Shown: one piece after another, positions 10,244-18,563 of the stretch | Layout: each line of letters opens with the position of its first letter | Position numbering within the stretch: the first letter of the stretch is position 1 | Translations under genes and position numbers: made by a program | Virus record (IMG/VR): IMGVR_UViG_3300032030_000007 | Coordinates: 160,001-224,000 of that record | DNA: 64,000 nucleotides | From: a virus | Lineage: Duplodnaviria > Caudoviricetes | Strand: one strand, 5' to 3' | Notes under the pieces: model-generated | Database searches by the model: none | Seen by the model: the letters and a program-made list of their open reading frames with translations, nothing else | Told to the model about the DNA's origin: nothing

Positions 10244-10441
10244 TTATTTTTCAATATTTGATTTTGGTTCTTTCTTATATGTTGCTTTATTATCTGCGCA
10301 TTCTTTATTCAATTTTTCAACCTCTGCTTTAGCATCATCTTCAGAATCAAAATAATTTGTCATAGTACCGTCGCCCATATAAACAACGAATACTTGATTT
10401 TCGTTTTCTTTTTCTAAAACAAATTCTTCTAATGATTTCAT
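10244..10441 (-). CDS. Small protein with capsid-targeting (CTS)-like leader MKSLEEFVLE
   Basis: 65 aa; leader motif. Confidence 0.75.
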   Translation of the reverse strand: MKSLEEFVLEKENENQVFVVYMGDGTMTNYFDSEDDAKAEVEKLNKECADNKATYKKEPKSNIEK

Positions 10442-10465
10442 ATATGTCGTTCTATATATATTATC

Positions 10466-10774
10466 TTATGCTAATGTTTTCAAAATATCATCTAAATAAC
10501 ACCATCTATCTTCAGCTTTAAGTTTTTTCCTATTTCCTTTAAAACTAATTTCACCATCATTAAAATATTCACAAATTGCTACATTTTTATAAACATCTAA
10601 AGTATAATGATGACGTCTATTTATTTTTCCATCTAGGATAACAAATAACATTGTAATTTTATTATCTTTTCTAGATCCTGGTTCATTAAATTTTGATTCT
10701 TTTGGCAAATCATCTCCAGTATGCCAAATTATATTATCTAATGATTCATTAATTTTTGCTATTATATCTTTCAT
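10466..10774 (-). CDS. Protein with CTS-like leader MKDIIAKINE
   Basis: 102 aa; leader motif. Confidence 0.75.
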   Translation of the reverse strand: MKDIIAKINESLDNIIWHTGDDLPKESKFNEPGSRKDNKITMLFVILDGKINRRHHYTLDVYKNVAICEYFNDGEISFKGNRKKLKAEDRWCYLDDILKTLA

Positions 10775-10795
10775 AATTTGATTTTAATATTTTTT

Positions 10796-11845
10796 TTATA
10801 ATAAGTCTGAGTCATCACCTCTTGAAGAATCATCTTCATCTTCTTCAGGTTTGTCTTTATCTTTTTTATTTTCTTTATCATTATCTTTGTTTTTGTCTTT
10901 ATCATCTGAATCTTTATCATCCTCATTGTCTTTATCATCTTCATCTTCTTTACGTTCTTTACGTTCACCATCTAATTTGAAGATAGAAGGATCATCTGTT
11001 TCTTTTGCTTCTAGCATATCAAGAACAGATTCAATAAGTTTCTTCACTTCATCAGGTAATTGTACAATAGAATCTTTTGCAAAATCTTGCACCCAGATTC
11101 CTTCATCACCCTTTCCAAAGATATGCATGATTGATCTTACATTTTCAGTAGTTTCACCACCAGGAAGAGTTTTAGTAAATTTCCAACGTAATGCTATTGC
11201 TTCTTTACCACTTTTAAACTTAATAGCAGCGAAATAATATTCACGAGGAAGACTTATTTGTTTAGATACCAATAATTCCAATTCTTTAGCAGCTTTAACT
11301 TTATCGTCAGACCCAATAAGTTCTAAAACTTTCTTTAATGTTATATCCTGCACTTCCTCTTCTTCATCTTCTTTAATTATTGAAGTCATTTCAAATTCAC
11401 TAAGTAAAGATTCTTGTGCTTCTTGTGGGAATGATGCAGCGTACATCTTAATAGGATCTTGAGCTTGTTTCATATCATCTGGTGAAAAATAAACAATAAG
11501 ATATCCACCGATATTGATCTTAGTTACTTTTGGAAGACCTTGTGATATTATATATGAATATAAACTTGATTGCTGATAATTAACATCATTATATAAACAT
11601 GTATATAATAATTCATTAGTCTTCATATCATTAATGAATCTTGAACTAGTCAACTTAATTGAGCAACCATCTTCGCCTTCATCAGCAACTATACCGAGAT
11701 GAACACAATATAAATTTCTAATGTTTGTCAATATATTCTGAATTGGTGTGTAATGATTAGTAACACCAGTCTTAATTAATGCATTACCTGGCTGTTGATT
11801 AGATGTAGCGCAAGCTTCATTTATTACATTACTTAATCTTTTCAT
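10796..11845 (-). CDS. Protein with CTS-like leader MKRLSNVINE and a very acidic/charged C-terminal tail (possible head core protein)
   Basis: 349 aa; D/E/K low-complexity tail. Confidence 0.75.
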   Translation of the reverse strand: MKRLSNVINEACATSNQQPGNALIKTGVTNHYTPIQNILTNIRNLYCVHLGIVADEGEDGCSIKLTSSRFINDMKTNELLYTCLYNDVNYQQSSLYSYIISQGLPKVTKINIGGYLIVYFSPDDMKQAQDPIKMYAASFPQEAQESLLSEFEMTSIIKEDEEEEVQDITLKKVLELIGSDDKVKAAKELELLVSKQISLPREYYFAAIKFKSGKEAIALRWKFTKTLPGGETTENVRSIMHIFGKGDEGIWVQDFAKDSIVQLPDEVKKLIESVLDMLEAKETDDPSIFKLDGERKERKEDEDDKDNEDDKDSDDKDKNKDNDKENKKDKDKPEEDEDDSSRGDDSDLL

Positions 11846-11908
11846 TATATTAATGTTTTAATTTTATTTATCTTTATATTTTAAAAATAAAATTTAATAT
11901 TCTTTTAT

Positions 11909-12574
11909 TTAAAATTGTCTCCAGAAATGCCATATTTGTTGTAAGGTCGCTTTACTAAACTTACCTTCTGTATAGAATGCAGTTGGCAATAATCTTGCAG
12001 GAATATTATATGTAATTCCTCTAAGTACTGGTATATACATCTTAGTTCCAAATGCTATCTTTTGGTTTGTCTTTAATAAATGCTTTAGCATTGAATATGA
12101 CATAATAGTATTTGGTTTTGAACTTGCTTCATTAAAATACTTTTCAAAATATGGTCTAAAATGAGTAAATACAAGTTCCATTATTTTTGCTCTTGTAAAT
12201 GGTGGATAATAATGTAAGTTAAGCATGCACTCACGAATATTTCCATCATCTGTTCTAAATATTCCAAAACTTATACAGAATGGATAATTATCATAATATT
12301 CAAGTTCTTCCTTAAATTTTGGTTGAGCATAATTAAATAAAACAACTTGTCCTGGTAAGATATATTTCTTATCAGGTCTAAGATTTCTTAATATCTCTTT
12401 ATATGCCAATTTAGAACGTATAGCAGTTGGCTTACGTGCTAATGGATGATTATTAATAGACTCATCTAGTCTAAAAGATTTAATTTCTTCATCAGTATAA
12501 ATCTTTTTACTTAATTCTTTTAAATTAAATACATGACCTAATGTAGTTTGTTCTGGTTTATGTATAATTGGCAT
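11909..12574 (-). CDS. DNA end protector protein, T4 gp2-like
   Basis: PGQVVLFNY..PKFKEELEYYDNYP...LNLHYYPP..R matches the gp2 pattern PG..Y.F.Y..K.KE.LPYWD.FP...GLNLHY.PP. Confidence 0.85.
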   Translation of the reverse strand: MPIIHKPEQTTLGHVFNLKELSKKIYTDEEIKSFRLDESINNHPLARKPTAIRSKLAYKEILRNLRPDKKYILPGQVVLFNYAQPKFKEELEYYDNYPFCISFGIFRTDDGNIRECMLNLHYYPPFTRAKIMELVFTHFRPYFEKYFNEASSKPNTIMSYSMLKHLLKTNQKIAFGTKMYIPVLRGITYNIPARLLPTAFYTEGKFSKATLQQIWHFWRQF

Positions 12575-12594
12575 ATATTCTTACTTATAAGTTA

Positions 12595-12930
12595 TTATAT
12601 TTTTTCGTATATATTACTTAAATCATAATCAAGATCATTTTCTCCTATCAAATAAATTACTTTTTTAATAAGTTCTAAATCATCTTTAATTATGTTTCTA
12701 TTAATCTTAGGATATGTTTGTTTATCATCAAGACAATCATATAAATCACTCAATTGCTTAAGTTCATCTTCAGATAATTCTTTTTTGACTGTTTCAAAAT
12801 TTTTAATGTCATCAATATCTCCTAAGTCACCTGTTATATATCCTATGCATTCTACTAATGAATTTCTTTCATCATCAGTTAATGTAAAATACTTTGATTT
12901 CTCAAAAATAAATCTACTTATGTTTTTCAT
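12595..12930 (-). CDS. Protein with CTS-like leader MKNISRFIFE
   Basis: 111 aa; leader motif. Confidence 0.75.
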   Translation of the reverse strand: MKNISRFIFEKSKYFTLTDDERNSLVECIGYITGDLGDIDDIKNFETVKKELSEDELKQLSDLYDCLDDKQTYPKINRNIIKDDLELIKKVIYLIGENDLDYDLSNIYEKI

Positions 12931-12933
12931 ATC

Positions 12934-13233
12934 TTAATCTTCAAATACATTGAAATTTTTTAATTTTACTTTACCTGCAACTCTATCTTCCACGTAAAGT
13001 TCAACAGTATATTTAGAATCCATGTATTCTCCATAGAATATCATTTTATCTTCATCTTGATTCTGATTATCAAAATCAAAACCTAACTTATACATAGCAT
13101 CTATAATGTCATTAACTTTTGACATCTTAAATCCGTTTCTTATATTACCGAATTCTTTTAATGCTAAACCAACTTCTTCATGAAGGTCTTCATCTTGAGT
13201 TGATTCTAATATAAAATTTTTAATATCTTTCAT
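12934..13233 (-). CDS. Protein with CTS-like leader MKDIKNFILE
   Basis: 99 aa; leader motif. Confidence 0.75.
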   Translation of the reverse strand: MKDIKNFILESTQDEDLHEEVGLALKEFGNIRNGFKMSKVNDIIDAMYKLGFDFDNQNQDEDKMIFYGEYMDSKYTVELYVEDRVAGKVKLKNFNVFED

Positions 13234-13234
13234 A

Positions 13235-13477
13235 TTAATAAATTTCTTTATTTAAATCTTTTAATGTTTTTTCTATAAAATCCATACATCTTTTTTGAAA
13301 TTTTGGATCTTCATTAGGATATTTTTCCATACCTTCTTTAACCCCTTCAATAAAATGAGTAAGAACATTTCCACAAAATTCAGAACCCCATTCACTTATC
13401 CAAGTTCTCCCATAATTTTTAATGCTATCAGAAGATGTACGAGATTCCTTTATTAAAGTATCTTTTAAGTCTTTCAT
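13235..13477 (-). CDS. Protein with CTS-like leader MKDLKDTLIKE
   Basis: 80 aa; leader motif. Confidence 0.75.
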   Translation of the reverse strand: MKDLKDTLIKESRTSSDSIKNYGRTWISEWGSEFCGNVLTHFIEGVKEGMEKYPNEDPKFQKRCMDFIEKTLKDLNKEIY

Positions 13478-13548
13478 TATTTATAAACATATTTTTTTAA
13501 ATGCATCAATTAAATCCCATTGTTCACTAACATTAATTAAATAACTTT

Positions 13549-13773
13549 TTAATAGTTTTCATATTTATTATATTTTTTAATTCCTACATGCCAGCTTCCA
13601 CAAACCTTGCAAATATATGATGTGTATTTATACATTTTATATGTTTTAATCCAATTATCTGCTTCTTCTTGTGAATTGAATTTTTTCTTAGGTTTCCATT
13701 CACCATTTTTTCTGGCGTAATGTTCTCTTTTAATTGTATGCTTATTGCAATCAGATCTTGGTTTTGTAATCAA
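13549..13773 (-). CDS. Small basic zinc-finger-like phage protein
   Basis: K.F.S.EEA...Y.CKVCGSWHVG; TTG start is uncertain. Confidence 0.65.
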   Translation of the reverse strand: MITKPRSDCNKHTIKREHYARKNGEWKPKKKFNSQEEADNWIKTYKMYKYTSYICKVCGSWHVGIKKYNKYENY

Positions 13774-13833
13774 AATTTATTAAAAATATATTTGGTATTC
13801 ATTTATTTAACCTCTATATATTCTTATTTTAAT

Positions 13834-14259
13834 TTAATATCCTATACAACAAGACATATCGTACATATCAAATGGATCTTGTACTGTTCCTGCAGCATGA
13901 CAATTAAGTGTTCCAACCATAAATGGATCTTCTGCTCCCTTTACATAGATTTCAACTTTGTATTGTTTCCATTGTGACATACCATCTTTTGATTTACGAT
14001 ATCCGCCATTATCAGGAGAAATAGATACTTCATATTCATGTGGTGCATTTTTTATTGTCTTAAATGCATCTTCAATATCTTTTTTAACTAAACCAACACC
14101 TTCCCAAGCATCATCATGGTAAAATTTACCTGTTGTACCTGTCTTTTCAAGTTGTTTGTATATTGCATTTTGAACCTTTTTCTTTTCAGGTGCTTTAATT
14201 GATTGATCTAATACACCATCTGAATATGATTCATTAAGTATATCTTTTAAGTTTTTCAT
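13834..14259 (-). CDS. Protein with CTS-like leader MKNLKDILNE
   Basis: Start moved to the in-frame ATG at 14259, which removes the overlap and exposes the leader. Confidence 0.75.
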   Translation of the reverse strand: MKNLKDILNESYSDGVLDQSIKAPEKKKVQNAIYKQLEKTGTTGKFYHDDAWEGVGLVKKDIEDAFKTIKNAPHEYEVSISPDNGGYRKSKDGMSQWKQYKVEIYVKGAEDPFMVGTLNCHAAGTVQDPFDMYDMSCCIGY

Positions 14260-14261
14260 AT

Positions 14262-14567
14262 TTACCAAATTCTTATAATTGTAGAATTATCAATTTCAGT
14301 TGTATCACCAATTTTCAAATCATCAAGTTCAGAATAAAGACCTTCTTCAACACCAACAAATTCTTCATATTCTTTTGAAGAATTTAGTGCTTGAATACCA
14401 AAGAAATCATCTGATGAATTTATATAAATAAATCCTTTTTTAAATTTCTTTTGTCCATCTTGAATATTGAATGTATGATATTCGCCAACCTTTCCTACTT
14501 CATTTTGAACTTCAGAAAAAAGGCGACAATATTTACCTTCGTTTATTAATGTTTTTATATCTTTCAT
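14262..14567 (-). CDS. Protein with CTS-like leader MKDIKTLINE
   Basis: 101 aa; leader motif. Confidence 0.75.
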   Translation of the reverse strand: MKDIKTLINEGKYCRLFSEVQNEVGKVGEYHTFNIQDGQKKFKKGFIYINSSDDFFGIQALNSSKEYEEFVGVEEGLYSELDDLKIGDTTEIDNSTIIRIW

Positions 14568-15019
14568 AATTTAGATATTATTTTATTTGCTACTATTAAT
14601 GGATTCAAATCTTGTATTAATTCAATATTATATTTATCACAAGTTAATTTTACATTATAATATCTATAAAATTTAGGAGTACAGAATACTACTATCTTTT
14701 TTGATTTTGCATATAATCCTAATTCAAGTAAACTTATAGGAGATTTTGAATCATCCAATAAAACCATAGCAATCATATCTGCTTTATCTAAATGATCCTG
14801 CTCCCATTTGATTTGTTTTACTAAATCATCTAATGTAGAATTAGAATTCCAATGTTCTCTACGTGGATTATAGATATCACAATCAAATCCAAGATTAATT
14901 AATTCAATAATTGTTTTATCTTGCCAATTTAATGAATCTCCATTATCAATTGTACCAGCTAAAAACACTGACTTATTTTTCGATTCTTGATTTTTTGTTT
15001 CAGGAGTTATGATTACCAT
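14564..15019 (-). CDS. Nucleoside 2-deoxyribosyltransferase-like protein
   Basis: SVFLAGTID...WQ...NPRR...QIKWEQDHLDKAD...SPISLLELGL. Confidence 0.85.
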   Translation of the reverse strand: MVIITPETKNQESKNKSVFLAGTIDNGDSLNWQDKTIIELINLGFDCDIYNPRREHWNSNSTLDDLVKQIKWEQDHLDKADMIAMVLLDDSKSPISLLELGLYAKSKKIVVFCTPKFYRYYNVKLTCDKYNIELIQDLNPLIVANKIISKL

Positions 15020-15348
15020 TTAATTCTTTTGATCATCATTATATTTATAAGTTCCATTTCAATAGCATCAACAATCATTATAAGTTCATCATTTTCTTTT
15101 TCGTTTTTATAAAGATCTTCAAGAAGTTTTTTAGCAGCCTTACGCATATCAATTATATTATTCAAAACATCTTGTATTGAACCTTCATTATTCTTCCATT
15201 TGAAATATGAATCGAATGGCTTAAGCTTATCATTACTTTTCCATTCATCAATCATCTTCCTTTTAAATTCATCTTGCTTCTTAAAGAAATCGTCAACTTC
15301 ATTTTCATTAATGTTTGATGCTTTAATATGATCACTTAATTGTTTCAT
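15013..15348 (-). CDS. Helical protein with variant CTS-like leader MKQLSDHIKASNINE
   Basis: 111 aa. Confidence 0.7.
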   Translation of the reverse strand: MKQLSDHIKASNINENEVDDFFKKQDEFKRKMIDEWKSNDKLKPFDSYFKWKNNEGSIQDVLNNIIDMRKAAKKLLEDLYKNEKENDELIMIVDAIEMELINIMMIKRIKW

Positions 15349-15367
15349 ATATTATAATATAGTTATT

Positions 15368-16309
15368 TTATAGTTTATATTTCCTTGGCCACCAACTTCT
15401 TTTTGAAGTCATTTTAGTACCCATGAACATATTGTTTTTTGATCTAACTTTAGGTATGAACCATGAAGAAAGATTCTGATATATTTGTTTATTGTTTTTA
15501 AATATATTATCTATTGCTCCAACATTTTCTACATTCCATTTTGATATATCTTGGTTAAAGATAGAATCTTCAAACATGCTTTCCATATTAACTACATCTT
15601 TAGTAATCCAATTTGATATATCTTCATTGAATTTCTTTGTATGAGCAAACATAAATCCCATGCCATGTGCAGACATAGTATTCCATTTTTTCAAACCATC
15701 ACCTGTAAAGTTTTCACAATAACTAAACATACTTCCAAAATGTTTTACTTTACTTACGTTCCAATTTGATAAATCACTATTGAAATCTTTACAATATGAA
15801 AACATTCCTTGCATATCTGTTACTTTACTTACATCCCATTTTGAAAGATCATCATTAAAGTTAACACATTTTTGAAACATATAACGCATATTAACAATAT
15901 TACTTACATCCCAATTTGATATTCCATTTCCTCCTTTAAATCCAGATTCACTAAACATTAATCCTGCATTTTCAAGACTATCCAATTTCCAATTTGAAAA
16001 ATCAGTATTTTCACCAGTGAATTTTTGATCATTGTGAAACATCATATTCATATTCTTAACATTGCTAACATCCCAGTTTGATATGTTTCCATTGAATTCT
16101 GTTCTTGCAAATAAACTGCTCATATCAGTAATTTCTGATGTATCAATATCATTAAGGTTTGCTTCAACTCCACGTTTTTCAATTAATTTATTAACTAATT
16201 CTTTTAATTCTTCTTTATCTTGTGGATGATATTTTGATTTACTATTATCAACTTTTATATTCTTATTGATAATTAGTTTTTCGAACACAATATCTTTAAG
16301 ATTTTTCAT
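15368..16309 (-). CDS. DUF285/BspA-like repeat protein with CTS-like leader MKNLKDIVFE
   Basis: ~25-aa repeats FNxDLSxWDVSxVxxMxxMF; no signal peptide. Confidence 0.88.
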   Translation of the reverse strand: MKNLKDIVFEKLIINKNIKVDNSKSKYHPQDKEELKELVNKLIEKRGVEANLNDIDTSEITDMSSLFARTEFNGNISNWDVSNVKNMNMMFHNDQKFTGENTDFSNWKLDSLENAGLMFSESGFKGGNGISNWDVSNIVNMRYMFQKCVNFNDDLSKWDVSKVTDMQGMFSYCKDFNSDLSNWNVSKVKHFGSMFSYCENFTGDGLKKWNTMSAHGMGFMFAHTKKFNEDISNWITKDVVNMESMFEDSIFNQDISKWNVENVGAIDNIFKNNKQIYQNLSSWFIPKVRSKNNMFMGTKMTSKRSWWPRKYKL

Positions 16310-16318
16310 ATTATAATA

Positions 16319-16783
16319 TTATTCAAAAAATTTTTCTGTTACGATTATAAACTTTGCATTATTCTTATGAGCAAAATCATTAGCTGCTTTCCATTTGTCA
16401 CAGTTCTTAATCCAAGATTCTTTAAGCCATCTTGAATCTGTTGCTCCTGGTTTAATAGTCTGACAATATGGTTTAATCTCAACTATTATCTTATTATTAT
16501 CATTTGTTTCAATAACATAATCTGGATAATAGTCATGTTCTTTTTCATCTAATCTACAAGTGTATTTTATAGCAATAGGTTCTGAAGCCCATTTTTTAAT
16601 CTTAGGATTATTCTCACAAAATTGTATAAATTGTAATTCTAACCCAGAACGATATATAATAGGCTCTCCTTTCACAGATCTAAATAATTTATGACATAAA
16701 GATTCTGGTACGTACCCTTGATGATATCTACTATTCTTCTTAGGTTTATTATTCTTTATTTTATTTTCGTATATCTTGCTCAT
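16319..16783 (-). CDS. Head completion nuclease, T4 gp4-like (TnsA-like fold)
   Basis: YRSGLE...NP.IKKWASE...YYPDY...EIKP...KWKAA...FIIVTE. Confidence 0.88.
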   Translation of the reverse strand: MSKIYENKIKNNKPKKNSRYHQGYVPESLCHKLFRSVKGEPIIYRSGLELQFIQFCENNPKIKKWASEPIAIKYTCRLDEKEHDYYPDYVIETNDNNKIIVEIKPYCQTIKPGATDSRWLKESWIKNCDKWKAANDFAHKNNAKFIIVTEKFFE

Positions 16784-16863
16784 ATCAAATACACTACTTT
16801 AATTTAATAAAAATATAATTTTTTCTATATTATTTTATAGATATTTTTATTTTTATAAAAAAT

Positions 16864-16972
16864 TACTACCAAGCGCGGTAGTATAGCAACTAGATTTTCA
16901 AGAGTCAAATGAAGTGATATTTGCACAGAAAGTTGTGTAAAGTTTTGGCTAAGTCGAGTTATGTAAAGGTGA
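16864..16972 (+). ncRNA. Candidate structured RNA / long 5' leader of the endolysin gene
   Basis: GC-richer intergenic stretch with hairpin tactacc/ggtagta and nested stems aactagattt/aagtcgagtt, agtcaaa/tttggct, tttgcaca/tgtgtaaa. Confidence 0.4.
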
Positions 16973-17018
16973 CAGATTTATATGATAAGGCGATAAACTT
17001 AAATGTAAAACAATAATT

Positions 17019-17666
17019 ATGGAACAAACTAACAACAAGAGATTCAAGAGAATCAAAAAATTATTTAATTTAAAGAACTTAATTGTTCTTATAGTAGTAC
17101 TAATGTTATTTTGGAGTACATTAGCTATTAATTCAAATGAACGCATTCATAAAATACCGGAAGTTGAAAACATAATAAGTATAGATACTGGTGTTATATC
17201 AAATGATGTTCTTAAAGATAGCTTGAAAGATGAAATGATTAATGAAGTTTCAAAGTATATAAAAACTAAAACTTCAAAATCGCATGAATTTATTCCAGCT
17301 TACTTAGTACATGCAGGTCTATCTAATAATATAGATATATGCTTTATAATGGCTCAAACAGAAATTGAGACATGTTATGGAACTATGGGTGCAGGTCATG
17401 AGTCTGCCCGTAAATCTATGTTTGGTATTATTAAAAGAAAATATCCAAATTATGAAGAAGCAATTAATCATTACTGTGAAGTATTGAAAAAATATTATCT
17501 TGTTAGAGGTAGAACTGAACAGCATCTTTTGACTAAATATGTAACTGCTAAAGGTGGAAGATATGCAGAAAATCCTGGATATGAAGCTTCATTAAGTGTA
17601 GCATATAATTCAATCAAAAGATCTACAAAAATTTATTCTTTACAACAAGAATACAATAAACTATAA
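17019..17666 (+). CDS. Endolysin, glucosaminidase/GH73-like, with N-terminal transmembrane anchor
   Basis: FIMAQTEIETCYG...SMFG...YAENPGY; hydrophobic segment at about aa 21-36. Confidence 0.75.
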   Translation: MEQTNNKRFKRIKKLFNLKNLIVLIVVLMLFWSTLAINSNERIHKIPEVENIISIDTGVISNDVLKDSLKDEMINEVSKYIKTKTSKSHEFIPAYLVHAGLSNNIDICFIMAQTEIETCYGTMGAGHESARKSMFGIIKRKYPNYEEAINHYCEVLKKYYLVRGRTEQHLLTKYVTAKGGRYAENPGYEASLSVAYNSIKRSTKIYSLQQEYNKL

Positions 17667-17689
17667 AAATATACTATAAGTAGTAATTA

Positions 17690-18403
17690 ATGAATACTTT
17701 GATAAGCATTCTTAAAAACTTTTGGAATAAGTTTAAAACTCATATTATTTATATATTAATTATATTGATATTATGTAGTTTTTTAACAACATCCATAAGT
17801 AAATGTTCAAGCGTCAAAAATGAATATAAGAATAACATAGAGGCCTTGAATGATACTATTAAGTATTATCAAGACAAAAATGGAAATTTAGTTGCTAAAA
17901 AGTTGGCGTTTGAATCTGACATTAAAACACTTAAAGTTTTAAATGAACAATTGTATAAAGAAATAGAAGACCTTAAAATAAAAGGTAATGTTGCTTCAAT
18001 TGTTTATGTAACTGGTAAAGTTGAAAATCCTCCTAAAGATACTGTATATTTAATTAATCATGAAATCATATCTAAAGGATTTATTCGTGATTTTAATTTT
18101 AATGATAAGTATCGTACATTAGAAGGTAATGTCAAATATGATAATGATAGTTTAGGAATATTCATTAATAAAGACATCGTCAATTTTGATTATACAGTTG
18201 GTATGGATGAAAAAAATAATATCTATGTTAAGTCAACCAATCCGTATGTCAAATACAATGAAATTTCTGGATTTAAAATATCACAACCAAAGAAAACGCA
18301 TTGGAGCTTAGGTCCTGCTATAAACTTTGGATATGATCCTATTCAGAATAAACCGTCATTCAATATAGGTGTTTCATTAAATTATGGCTTATTAAAATTC
18401 TAA
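17690..18403 (+). CDS. Spanin-like lysis accessory protein
   Basis: N-terminal TM, coiled coil, C-terminal amphipathic beta-strands ending in Phe; directly after the endolysin. Confidence 0.55.
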   Translation: MNTLISILKNFWNKFKTHIIYILIILILCSFLTTSISKCSSVKNEYKNNIEALNDTIKYYQDKNGNLVAKKLAFESDIKTLKVLNEQLYKEIEDLKIKGNVASIVYVTGKVENPPKDTVYLINHEIISKGFIRDFNFNDKYRTLEGNVKYDNDSLGIFINKDIVNFDYTVGMDEKNNIYVKSTNPYVKYNEISGFKISQPKKTHWSLGPAINFGYDPIQNKPSFNIGVSLNYGLLKF

Positions 18404-18410
18404 AATAATG

Positions 18411-18450
18411 GGAAGATAATTTTTAGTTATCTTCCTATTTTTTATTTTTT
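18411..18450 (+). terminator. Intrinsic terminator
   Basis: ggaagataa/ttatcttcc stem plus T tract. Confidence 0.75.
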
Positions 18451-18563
18451 TCATTAATATTTGTTTTATTTTTATTTAAAATAGAAGTATCTGTAAAAGA
18501 CATTTGTCTTTTACGTCAGAAAGTATACTTTTTATAATTCTTATAAAAATATTAATAAAACAA

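Noticed and set aside
16319-16783. TnsA transposase / Tn7-like element
   Set aside because: Sequence and context match T4 gp4 head completion nuclease; no TnsB/C or element ends
16856-17018. tRNA gene
   Set aside because: No cloverleaf, TTCGA T-loop or CCA end is recognisable here or in other intergenic gaps
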